Both the position numbers and the translations under genes were made by a program. The notes beneath the pieces are model-generated. The model searched no databases. It saw nothing but the letters and a program-made list of their open reading frames with translations, and had not been told where the DNA came from. A DNA stretch of 64,000 bases from Fibrobacteria bacterium (GTDB taxonomy: Bacteria; Fibrobacterota; Fibrobacteria; UBA11236), in assembly GCA_043745805.1 (NCBI GenBank), contig JAYTSD010000004.1, positions 160,001 through 224,000 on the forward strand, written 5' to 3'. Of this stretch, positions 39,443-49,600 are shown one piece after another (the stretch's first letter is position 1; every line of letters starts with the position of its first letter).

Positions 39443-41521
39443 TTAATCTAAACGGATACGTTTACGCAAAAGCCAAGAACAGGTCAATAAGCCAAGCAGT
39501 ATGCAAAACCAAGGTAGCGTATTTGTTAAACCAATTTGTCGATCTTGATTTTCCTTCATTTGTGCATTTGGCAGGAAAGGTAACGCCAATGTTTCCCCAT
39601 CCCCATTCACCCACAAAATTTTTCCGGTTCTGGCATCCGCCCATTTTTGAAGTTGCGGGAGATTATAACCAATACTAGTCCATTCCAGTTTTTCACGAGG
39701 GAAAACCTGAATGTTTTGTGACCAAATATTTTTTTTGTCACTTGCTTTATCTCCTTGGTCATGAATTTCCTGCAAGCGTAAAACATATTTACCAGCTTTT
39801 AAATTCACTTGGGAAACCATCGCCGATCCTCGACTAAGATTGGTTATTTCATAGCTCTTGAAGTTCATCGAATCGCCTTCTGCTAAGACTTCAAAAATCA
39901 TTTTGCCATCGCTTGTATTAGACTTTGCTTGTTTAGGCGGTAAATTTATATCTACAGAAAATGGAAGGTCAGCGTAAAAACTGTTCGGTAACTTTATTTG
40001 ATAAGCATTACTTTTCCATAAAGCCACTTGGCTTATAAAATTCAAATACGCCTTTAAGTTTTCTTCTTTCGTATAATCGGGTTGTTCAGTAAAAAGTGAT
40101 TGCCAAAAATCGGGCCATACACAAAACAATACTTGATCCGCATTTGCCCCATTCACTAGGCGACCAGCCAAAACGCCTTGTTCAACATCTTGTTTACTGA
40201 ATTGGTTTTCATGAATTAGTAAAAAAGTATCCCAATTTGAATCAAACCTTGGTGCCTTAACAACTTGGGTAGAAAGTGTTTTCCAAATACTAGCATCAAG
40301 GGGATAGCTTTCTTTATTTACTAGTGGACAAATAGATGCTGCTTGTGAAAATAATGCAAGGGAATTTTCAGCACGGTTCATTTGTTTTTCATCGCTGTAA
40401 ACAACCCACTGTGCGGACCCGCCCAAGGCTAAAAATGCTTTACTATTCGTTTGCCACAACGAAGCGGAAACCCATATTTCATCTGTAACATTAAAGTGAT
40501 GTGTAGATAAGGTTTCCGGAGAAATCACTTCCACCGCAAAATGTTTTTGCGATCGTAACAAATCGAGTACAGCCTTTTCGCTTAAAGATTTAATGGGCGA
40601 TAAGAAAAAAAGTTTAGTGACCTGATTATTCGACTCGAAATTAACCGACAAACTATCATTCCATAAATCAATATTATCTTGGACTTTAACTGGTTTGAAT
40701 ACTGCCGTGAGCGCTTTGGCATTTTTTAAATTACTCCCTCCCACTAATGCAAAGGTTTCTTGCTGCGCGGCAAGCCTCACTGCAAAATGTTGTATGGACT
40801 TGGAAAACAAAACTTTCCCCTCACTACACAAATCTAATTGCCAAGGCCCTAACCCTGTTCCCAAGCGCTTCCATGCTATGTCTAGAAAAAGTTGTTGACT
40901 GGGTTGCATGCGTATTTCCGCTTTTTCTAATTGCGCTTCATGAATAGGCGACGCGATAATAAGAGGAAATATGGGCCATTGCAGCTCTTCCAAATTTCGA
41001 GGTTTAGTTTGTAGGGTAACTTGTCCGTCCGAAAACAAAAACAACCCTTGTACATTTTTTAAATTTAAAGAATCTAATAAGCTGGCTAAAGCCGAGAAAT
41101 CGGTAAGTTCAGCGCCTTTAATTGGATTCATGTGCAAATTATTTTTACTCGAACTGACCATAGCTTTTTCACCGAACTGAATTTCGGAAACTATAAATCC
41201 TTGATCCCGATAAGCTTTTTCCAAAGCCAATCTTGCACTGTCTACCGCTATTTTCTGCCTTAAGGTTTCTCCTCCTGCAAAACTAGCACTTTGATCAACG
41301 GCAATAATTATTCGCGGACTCACAAATTTTGTGGACCTCATTAAATATACGGGACCCCACAATGCCAATACCAAAAGCATTAAAGCAAGGATTTGAGTAA
41401 TAGCGATGAAGCTTGGCCAATGAAGAGCTATAACTTTATCTCTAGTCACATATTGCCAATAGATAAGTGCGAAGCCAGGAAGCAATAAAAATAAAAACCA
41501 AGGCGAGCCAGTAAAAATCAT
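39443..41521 (-). CDS. Membrane protein with vWA-like domain
   Basis: Two N-terminal TMs, MIDAS-like AVDQSAS..TD..LFSDG, C-terminal TM ending WLLRKR. Confidence 0.65.
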   Translation of the reverse strand: MIFTGSPWFLFLLLPGFALIYWQYVTRDKVIALHWPSFIAITQILALMLLVLALWGPVYLMRSTKFVSPRIIIAVDQSASFAGGETLRQKIAVDSARLALEKAYRDQGFIVSEIQFGEKAMVSSSKNNLHMNPIKGAELTDFSALASLLDSLNLKNVQGLFLFSDGQVTLQTKPRNLEELQWPIFPLIIASPIHEAQLEKAEIRMQPSQQLFLDIAWKRLGTGLGPWQLDLCSEGKVLFSKSIQHFAVRLAAQQETFALVGGSNLKNAKALTAVFKPVKVQDNIDLWNDSLSVNFESNNQVTKLFFLSPIKSLSEKAVLDLLRSQKHFAVEVISPETLSTHHFNVTDEIWVSASLWQTNSKAFLALGGSAQWVVYSDEKQMNRAENSLALFSQAASICPLVNKESYPLDASIWKTLSTQVVKAPRFDSNWDTFLLIHENQFSKQDVEQGVLAGRLVNGANADQVLFCVWPDFWQSLFTEQPDYTKEENLKAYLNFISQVALWKSNAYQIKLPNSFYADLPFSVDINLPPKQAKSNTSDGKMIFEVLAEGDSMNFKSYEITNLSRGSAMVSQVNLKAGKYVLRLQEIHDQGDKASDKKNIWSQNIQVFPREKLEWTSIGYNLPQLQKWADARTGKILWVNGDGETLALPFLPNAQMKENQDRQIGLTNTLPWFCILLGLLTCSWLLRKRIRLD

Positions 41522-41563
41522 AACGAAGAAATCATGCCTATGGTTACCCTCTTGTCACTGAAA

Positions 41564-43183
41564 TTAATTGGGGCGTTTTCGTAAATGCGTATGCTTTAAA
41601 ACCGATAAGGTTTGGGGATAATCCAAATTATAATGTAAACCTCGTGATTCTTTGCGAGCCTTGGCACTCTTAATAATTAATTCCGCAATTAAAGTAAGAT
41701 TGCGTAATTCAATTAAATCCGGTTCAATAGAAAAGGACCAATAATCCTGATTAATTTGCTTACTGATGACGCGAATAAATTCACCGGCTCGTTGTAAACG
41801 AGAATTACTGCGCACAATGCCTACATATTGCCATAAAGTGGATTTTATAGTTTCCAAAGCATGGGAATAAAGTATAGTTTCGGGCACTGGCTTTAAATGA
41901 AAGTTATTCCAATCTTTAAACTGAATTAATTTGGGTCGCACTAAATAATTTTTGCTCCGATGCATTAATACATGTTGTAAGGCACGATCGGAAAAAACCA
42001 CCGCTTCTAATAAAGAATTACTCGCCAAACGATTCGCCCCATGCACACCTGTGCAAGCGGTTTCGCCTACGGCATAAAGGCCAGTTATATTGGTCGCAGA
42101 ACAATCATCCACCTTAACACCGCCACACATAAAATGAGCGGCTGGCACTACCGGTATCCATTTTTCAGATATATCTAATCCAAAACTCAAACAATGTTTA
42201 AAAATATTAGGAAAATGCTTTTGCAAATCTTTGCGACTAAAAGCCTTCATGTCTAAATAAACGCACGGTTGTCCGGATTTTTTAATCTCGGCATCGATAG
42301 CCCGTGCCACAATGTCTCTCGGCGCTAAGGATTTCATAGGATGCGTTTTATCCATAAAAGCCAAACCTTTATGATTGCGTAATATGCCGCCATGTCCCCG
42401 TAAGGCTTCGGAAATTAAATAAGTAGGATGTCCTGGATTATAAAAAGTAGTGGGATGAAATTGCATGAATTCCATATCTTCCACCGAGGCACCGGCACGG
42501 TAAGCCATCGCAATTCCATCTCCAGTAGAGACCGAGTCATTGGTAGTATGACTATAAACTTGCCCTGCTCCGCCCGTGCAAAGAACAGTTACGGCACCCA
42601 AAAACATTTCCACTTTATTTTTGTTCATATCGAGTGCATAAAGCCCAAAGCATTGCTCTTTGGATAAATGATGTTTTGGTTGAGCATGTTTTCCTGTCAC
42701 CAGATCAATCGCTAAAACATTTTCCAACATTTGGATATTCGAGTTTATTCTTGCCGCTTCAAGCAAAGCTCTTTGAATTTCATGACCGGTAATATCATCG
42801 GCATGTAAAATACGTTCGCGGGTATGGCCGCCTTCGCGCGCTAAATGAAATGGAATTAAGCCCTTGCCTTTTTTTTCCGCTCGCGTAAATCGAACGCCCC
42901 AATCCACCAGATTTTGAATGGCCTCTGGTCCTTGTGTCACTAAGATTTTCAAGGGTTTTGGACGGCATAAACCCGCGCCAGCTATCAATGTATCCTGAAT
43001 ATGCTGTTCTATAGAATCGCCCGGACTCATCACCGAGGCAATCCCACCTTGAGCCAAGGAAGTGGAGCCTGACCAACCCATTTTTTTGGTAAGAATAAGG
43101 ACTTTGCCATAAGCAGACGCTTTTAAAGCAAAGGATAAACCCGCAATACCCGAACCTACTACAACAAAATCGTAAACAGCCAT
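41564..43183 (-). CDS. nadB: L-aspartate oxidase
   Basis: GSGIAGL, AQGGIA, REGGH, QFHPT, LISEALRG, LAPRDIVAR, HGANRLASNSLLE, ESRGLH. Confidence 0.96.
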   Translation of the reverse strand: MAVYDFVVVGSGIAGLSFALKASAYGKVLILTKKMGWSGSTSLAQGGIASVMSPGDSIEQHIQDTLIAGAGLCRPKPLKILVTQGPEAIQNLVDWGVRFTRAEKKGKGLIPFHLAREGGHTRERILHADDITGHEIQRALLEAARINSNIQMLENVLAIDLVTGKHAQPKHHLSKEQCFGLYALDMNKNKVEMFLGAVTVLCTGGAGQVYSHTTNDSVSTGDGIAMAYRAGASVEDMEFMQFHPTTFYNPGHPTYLISEALRGHGGILRNHKGLAFMDKTHPMKSLAPRDIVARAIDAEIKKSGQPCVYLDMKAFSRKDLQKHFPNIFKHCLSFGLDISEKWIPVVPAAHFMCGGVKVDDCSATNITGLYAVGETACTGVHGANRLASNSLLEAVVFSDRALQHVLMHRSKNYLVRPKLIQFKDWNNFHLKPVPETILYSHALETIKSTLWQYVGIVRSNSRLQRAGEFIRVISKQINQDYWSFSIEPDLIELRNLTLIAELIIKSAKARKESRGLHYNLDYPQTLSVLKHTHLRKRPN

Positions 43184-43317
43184 GCTTCCCTTTGCTCAAC
43201 AATTTGACGAGTTAAATATAACTTACGACTAAGCACCTGAATTAGCACCGAAGCACTTGCCGGTACTCCCTACCTAAGGTAAGTTTTATCCCTTTGTAAA
43301 ATCCGAGGTTTTTCTTT

Positions 43318-45171
43318 ATGAGTATGATGTGGTTGAAAAAGCAAGCCAAGTGGATCATCATCCCTTTTGGCGTTTTAATTGTTGTTGGTTTAGTGTGGAT
43401 GGATAGAGCGGGCGCAAGTCGTTCCTCACGAGATCATTCGTATGCAGGCAAGGTCGATGGCGAGGAAATTTCCGCCGAACGCTTTGTGATGGAAATGAAA
43501 AATTATGTGCATAGCGAAGAAATGCGCAGTGGAAAAGCTCCCGAAGGCGTGCAATTACAACAAATGCGCGAAGGACTTTTTAACTTTAAAGTTCAAAGTA
43601 TATTACTTGACAAACAATTCGCAAATTATGCATTAATGGCTTCTACCGATGAAATGCTCGACTATTTGTCCAAGCACCCTCAAGATGTAAGCGTGGCTAT
43701 TCGCCGATATAAAGGATATGAAGAACTCCCTTCTTTCATGGCTGATTCATCGATAGACGAAAATCGTTATCGTAATTGGCTTTCCCAAGATTCCGTATAT
43801 GATCGCGCCTCCATGCGTGAAATGGAAGTACAAATGAAAAGTACCGTAATTCCTCAAAGCCAATTGCAACAAATTATTAAAGCCCAAATACATCCCACCA
43901 ATTTGGAAGAAGCATTTGCCGTTGCAGGACGTGAAAACAAAGCCCGTTTAAAATTTTATGCCGTGGCTTTCGACTCCTTAAAAATTTCTGCCGACAAATA
44001 TAAAGACGAAGAATTACAAGCCTATTTTAAAGCCCATGCGGACAGCTTTACTTATGAAGAAGAAGGTGCGCAATTAGGTTATATACGCCTTAGCCTTACC
44101 CCCTCTAAAGGGGATAGTGTATTAATGTTTGATTTCGCAAAAGAACTTAAAGGCAAAGCCCTCGAAAATAAAAACTTTGCAGAATTAGCTAGCAGCTACT
44201 CTAATGATCCTGCTAGCGCAGAAAAAGGGGGTAACTTAGGGGGTTTTCATACTAGAGAAACTTGGACGCCCGCTTTCAGCGCTGCCGCATTTGCTTTAAA
44301 TCCTGGGGAAATTTCGGATCCTGTGCTTACCCCTTATGGCTATCACATCATTATGCTCAATGCAAAAAAAACCGATAGTGCGGTAGAAAAAGCCGACGTG
44401 AGCCATATCCTCTTAAAAATTACCGCCGGTGCAGAAACTCTTGATAGCTTACAAGAAAAGGCAAAGACTCTCAAAGAACTTGCCGAGAAAAAAGACGACC
44501 TTGCTGCCATCGCTAAGGAAAATAACTTGACTTATGAGAAGACTCCAATTTTTGACAAAACCAATCCCACGCCTATAAATGGAACTTATGTGCAAGGAAT
44601 TATTTCGTTTGCCTTTAGCCCGCATGAAAGTAAAGAAAAAATTTCCGATGCTTTGCAAAATGACGAAGCCATTTATCTCTTTGAAAAAGTTAAGCATTTT
44701 GCCAAAGGTTCGAGTTTTGAAAGAGCCAAAGCAAGAATTGCTGAATCCTTGCTAAAGCAAGAGAAAAAAGAATTTGCTGAAAAGGCATTAAATGAAGTTA
44801 AATCGCAAATTATGGCCAGCACTAGCAATTTTCAACCTAGCGTAGGTAAAGCCATTCTCGATAGCTCAGGTTTAATTAGTGCCGAAAGCTGGTTACCTAG
44901 TTATGGCTATGCAAGCCCAGCCTTATTTAAAGCGCTAAACCAAGCTCCCAATACTTGGGGACCTATTGCTTTAACAGAACAATCGGCGGCCATGGCCTTA
45001 GTGGTGGAAAAACAGGTTTTAAGCAATGAACAAATTCAAAGTAAAGCGGTGGTTATTCCCAATTCACAAAATGAAAACTTTTTAGTGTCTTCATTGTATC
45101 AAGAATGGGTTACCAGCTTACAAAAAAGCACAAAAATCGAAAACAATTTGGACATGTTATTTCGAGAGTAG
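43318..45171 (+). CDS. PpiD/SurA-like membrane-anchored parvulin peptidyl-prolyl isomerase
   Basis: N-terminal TM and SurA-like region; FAELASSYSNDPASAEKGGNLG..GEISDPVLTPYGYHII rotamase motif. Confidence 0.88.
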   Translation: MSMMWLKKQAKWIIIPFGVLIVVGLVWMDRAGASRSSRDHSYAGKVDGEEISAERFVMEMKNYVHSEEMRSGKAPEGVQLQQMREGLFNFKVQSILLDKQFANYALMASTDEMLDYLSKHPQDVSVAIRRYKGYEELPSFMADSSIDENRYRNWLSQDSVYDRASMREMEVQMKSTVIPQSQLQQIIKAQIHPTNLEEAFAVAGRENKARLKFYAVAFDSLKISADKYKDEELQAYFKAHADSFTYEEEGAQLGYIRLSLTPSKGDSVLMFDFAKELKGKALENKNFAELASSYSNDPASAEKGGNLGGFHTRETWTPAFSAAAFALNPGEISDPVLTPYGYHIIMLNAKKTDSAVEKADVSHILLKITAGAETLDSLQEKAKTLKELAEKKDDLAAIAKENNLTYEKTPIFDKTNPTPINGTYVQGIISFAFSPHESKEKISDALQNDEAIYLFEKVKHFAKGSSFERAKARIAESLLKQEKKEFAEKALNEVKSQIMASTSNFQPSVGKAILDSSGLISAESWLPSYGYASPALFKALNQAPNTWGPIALTEQSAAMALVVEKQVLSNEQIQSKAVVIPNSQNENFLVSSLYQEWVTSLQKSTKIENNLDMLFRE

Positions 45172-45237
45172 GACTCAGATGCCAAGCTTTTTCGCAAGCA
45201 GAGTTGCTTTAATAAAAAAGCTTGGTAGATTACCCAT

Positions 45238-45381
45238 ATGAAAAAGTTGCTTTTATTGTCCTTACTTAGTTTTACCCTGTTTGGCCTAGGAAATGTTTTT
45301 TCCAAAGCCTTCAGTGCACATACTACCGCAAAAGCTTCTAGTGTTTCTGAATGGGCTAAGTTTAAAGACTTATTCCATTAA
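45238..45381 (+). CDS. Small secreted peptide (47 aa), below the ORF-track cutoff
   Basis: MKKLLLLSLLSFTLFGLGNVFSKAFSAHTTAKASSVSEWAKFKDLFH; classical signal peptide; hairpins on both sides. Confidence 0.55.
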   Translation: MKKLLLLSLLSFTLFGLGNVFSKAFSAHTTAKASSVSEWAKFKDLFH

Positions 45382-45413
45382 TTTTAAACCGCAGTTAGAA
45401 GCTAAATAATCTC

Positions 45414-45449
45414 TAAGATTGGGACCGAACCCTAATCTTAATTTCTTTT
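45414..45449 (+). terminator. Probable terminator after the small ORF
   Basis: TAAGATTGGG-ACCGAAC-CCTAATCTTA then ATTTCTTTT. Confidence 0.55.
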
Positions 45450-45498
45450 CCGCATTGCTTTTATATTTTCCACCGCCTACAATCGATTCTGTGGTCTT

Positions 45499-46557
45499 AT
45501 GCTAGAATCTAAAGGAAATATTCTTATTGTAGATGATGAACCTTCCATCTGCAATGTGATCTGTGACTATTTAAAACTTCAAGGTTATTCCTGTATGAGC
45601 GCAAATGCCGTAGATACCGCTTTGCAAACTTTACAAGAACATTATGTGGACTGCATTCTCTCCGACATTAAAATGCCAGGAAGAACTGGTTTAGATTTAC
45701 TGCGTGAAGTAAAAACTTATTGGCCCGATATGGCGATTATTTTATTTACCGGCAATGCGGAAATTCATACTGCCGTCGCGTCCATGCAAGATGGTGCTTA
45801 TGATTTTATTTTAAAACCGATTCAGCTCAAGCAAGTTACTCATAGCATTACCAATGCTTTAGAAAAAAAACGTTTAAAACATGAAGTACGCCTCTATCAG
45901 AAAAGTTTAGAAAAGCTGGTGATGGAAAGAACCTCGCAAATTAAAGAAGCCATGAAGGCTCTTGAAGGTTCGCATTTAGATACTATAAATCGTTTATGTA
46001 ATGCGGCCGAATACCGCGACGATGAAACCGGCTATCATGTTTTACGCATAGGCAAATATTGTGAAGTACTCGCGAGAGGCTTAGGTTTTAATGAAGAAGA
46101 CATTTGGTTTTTAGCTAAAGCCAGTCCTTTGCATGATATCGGTAAAATTGGCATACCCGATTCTATTCTATTAAAGCCCGCAAAGTTAACGATTCAAGAA
46201 TTTGATATCATGAAAAAGCATGCAGAAATTGGTGGGGAAATTTTAAAAAATGCCTCTTCCAAGGTTTTACAAATAGCAGAAGCGGTAGCCATTAGTCATC
46301 ATGAAAAATGGGATGGTTCCGGTTATCCTCGCGGCTTAAAACAAGAAGAGATCCCCATTATGGGACGTATCACCGCGGTTGCGGATGTCTTTGATGCTTT
46401 AACCATGAAACGCTGTTATAAACCCGCATTTCCTTTAGAAACTTCAGTACGAATTATTTTGGAAGGCAAGGGACAACATTTCGATCCCCATATCGTAGAT
46501 GTTTTCTCCAGTCAAATTGATAAAATCGTACAAATTCATAAAGAATATTCAGACTAA
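45499..46557 (+). CDS. Response regulator with HD-GYP c-di-GMP phosphodiesterase domain (RpfG-like)
   Basis: ILIVDDE, SDIKMP, KP (receiver domain); HDIGKIGIPD, HHEKWDGSGYP, ADVFDAL. Confidence 0.93.
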   Translation: MLESKGNILIVDDEPSICNVICDYLKLQGYSCMSANAVDTALQTLQEHYVDCILSDIKMPGRTGLDLLREVKTYWPDMAIILFTGNAEIHTAVASMQDGAYDFILKPIQLKQVTHSITNALEKKRLKHEVRLYQKSLEKLVMERTSQIKEAMKALEGSHLDTINRLCNAAEYRDDETGYHVLRIGKYCEVLARGLGFNEEDIWFLAKASPLHDIGKIGIPDSILLKPAKLTIQEFDIMKKHAEIGGEILKNASSKVLQIAEAVAISHHEKWDGSGYPRGLKQEEIPIMGRITAVADVFDALTMKRCYKPAFPLETSVRIILEGKGQHFDPHIVDVFSSQIDKIVQIHKEYSD

Positions 46558-46566
46558 AAAATGCTT

Positions 46567-46612
46567 AAGACAATAAAAAAGGCGGTTATAAAACCGCCTT
46601 TTTTATTGTCTT
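46567..46612. terminator. Bidirectional intrinsic terminator
   Basis: Perfect inverted repeat AAGACAATAAAAAAGGCGGTT / AACCGCCTTTTTTATTGTCTT between convergent genes. Confidence 0.92.
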
Positions 46613-46643
46613 TTCTCAACTAAAAGTTGTTGGAAAAATTGCC

Positions 46644-49600
46644 TTATAATTTGATTAAACTTTTTAATGCTTTATACTTTCCTTTGGCATTTGTTGCTTC
46701 CAAAGACAAATTATATAAGCCTTTAGGCAAAAGATTATTGGTATTGTCACGGCCATCCCATACATAGTCTAAAGTTTTTTGACCGGTAAAAGTTCGTGTC
46801 CAAACCTGTTTTCCTTTGGCATCAAAGATTTTCAAAACCATGTCCGAACTTTGATCTATGGGTAAAGCATAATGCAATTGTACTTGATTTAAAAAAGGAT
46901 TGGGATAGCCGGTTAAATTAAGCGTTGAAAGCGATGCGAACCCTGTAAGCACCGATTTTGCATCGCCCGAAACAATTTGATAAGTATTCTTTTTCAAATC
47001 AGCTGCTGATAAGGTAACCGCTGAATCCACGGTTAAAGGATAAGCGATTTGATGATTGATATCAACTAAACTTACTGGAATGCCATAGATATTATCTTCT
47101 AAAACAAAATTAACAGCTTCATCTTTTTGCAAGGATTTAAAGTCTAGTAACCAGCTTCCTTGCATTCCTTCACCGCTTTGAATCATACGAGAAAAGGTTT
47201 GCTTTGATTCAATTCCATTTTTTAAACTCGCATAAAAATTTTGATTAGGAACCAAAGGAGCTTCGCCTATGATTTCAGTATTTGCATTTTTGCCAATGCC
47301 AAGATACATGGAAGCGGAAGAATTAAAGGCCTTTATATTGGCAGACCAGCCTTGTGTAGATTTTTTCGCAGCAACAAAAACCGCACGATTTACATCAAGT
47401 ACAGGAAAACTCAAACTTCCACCTGCAGCCGATTTCGCGGTATATCCTTCCCAAGGACTTAAGATATCCCCATCAGCAACTATTCTCCACGCTTTGTTGT
47501 CAATATCATAGTGATATGCGACGACATCTCCGGCGGACAAAGCATGAATGTTTTTCCAACGCATTTTGAAATTAAAAGGCAAACCAAAATCTGTCCAAAC
47601 CGCGGCGGGTAAGGGCAAAGAAAATGTTTGATAATCTAAGGATGTTGCTAAGGTTGATTTTGGCGTGTAAGTAACCAAGGAAGCCGTCCAAATCGCATTT
47701 CCAGAATGAAAGGTCACGCCATCATGTGCAGTCGCACCCGTGTATTTTATAAAGCTGCTCGGGTTATATTTCCAAATTGCAAAACTATTAATGTCCCAAC
47801 TATCGCTAGCAAATATTTTTGCTAAAATTCCTGTCTCGGCTTCCTGCCAAGGATAAGCAAACAAATTCCATTTTGCATTATCATACCCTTTTTTTTCATC
47901 TGCGGGGACATCGTCAACCACTTGTCTACGAATATATCCGGTACTTCGTGAAACTTTACCACCATCGAATACCGTAAAAACAACTTCAAAGCTTCTCATT
48001 TTGCCGGAATTAACTGCACCTGTTGAAGTGGTTGTCGCAAAGGCTACAGAAAAATTTGAAGGCTTGATAAGAATAGAGATATTGTCTGATGTCAAATCTC
48101 CGGTAGGACTAATAACCAATGCTTTACTTCTTGTATTAATTACATCAGAAAAATCCGCTTCTGGCAGACTTGGATTCAAAGCAAAAGGCTTTTTTATTTG
48201 CGAACTATCACCCGGATTAGTTATGTCTTCTATGCCGGCTTTCACTAGGTATTTTGCAAGGCGACTTCTTTTTAAAGAATCGCCAAGACTTATAAAACTC
48301 GAAGTAATTAGGTCTATTTTATTATTTGATATTATGGAAAAGGCCTTAGAATAAATCGAAGCTGAAGTTACCCCCCCTGCAGGAATAACATTCACAAGAA
48401 TTAATGGATTCGCTGTTATAAAACCGGTTCCTGAAAAATCGAAAGGAATTGTTTTCCCATTACTAACCATTGAGTCTGTTAAAATAGGAGTCAATGCACC
48501 CTTAGAAACAATATCGATCTTTCCACCTGAAGAAGCTGTTGGAAGCCCAAAGGCATAGGTAGAAGCACCAGGTTCTTGATCGTAAATGGTAAGCTTTCTT
48601 GAGTTGGCGGAAATATTTTCCATTTTCCATTCGGGCATTAAAGTTGGCAAACCCGAAGCATTTAATTTGAAAAGCTCCAAGCCTGCAGTAGTAATGGCCG
48701 AATCAAATTGTATTTCAATTCTGTAACCCTGATCAGACCCATTCGTTAAATCGTTCTCAGTAATATTGGTAGATATTTTTGGTATAGTCGATAAACTAAT
48801 ACCGTGCACAACAGTTCCCGTAGGAACTGTTGTGAAAATTGGACTTGCAACAATACCATTAGTTGCAGGTTTATTAAAAATCACATTGCTTTTAATTAAT
48901 TTATCGAAGGGCGCTGCTGGTTTAAAATATCCACTTTGAGCAGCTGGAGGGCAATCTTTTGTTCCGTTAATTTTGCATTCGCCACCTGAAATGATATTTT
49001 CAAGAGTTACTATCACAACACTATCTCTATGGCCAATACTACTTGGGCTAACAACAAATGCCGCACGGAAAAAATATTTAGTTGCATCAATAAGATTTTG
49101 AGCGGAATCAATAATACTTCCAGAATTTAACTTTGCGAGTGGATAAACTTTTTTGTCGGTAGTAGCGTCCGTATAACTGTCCAGTTCACGAGTAGCCCAC
49201 CAAACTGCCACCGAGTCAGCGTCTGCAGGATCAAAATTATTACTGACCACGGTAAACTTTAAGCGAGAATATTCGCCTGCATTTTGCACACTTAAAGAAA
49301 GCTTCCCTAGGAGTGGTTTTGGATTTCCTTGAATAAATTGATATTCAAATGCACCCACTTCCGACTTACTCGAACGTAATAATCCACGATAATCTGTAGC
49401 GACAGTATCCGTAGCATTTGAACCCGCAAATAAGGAGGAGCAGCCGATGGATCCGATAAGTTGGCAATCCATGACTTTAGCAAATGCGGATTCTAAATTC
49501 GCAAGATAAGCTAAACCTCGGAAACCACTGGAAACATCTAATGAACGCGCCAAATCCAAAACTGGACTTTCCGTAATTCCCTGTCTATTTGGTGCCGAAG

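Noticed and set aside
43230-43260. CIRCE/HrcA operator upstream of the PpiD-like chaperone (three AGCAC copies, one TTAGCAC)
   Set aside because: Only direct half-sites at irregular spacing; no inverted GAGTGCTAA arm
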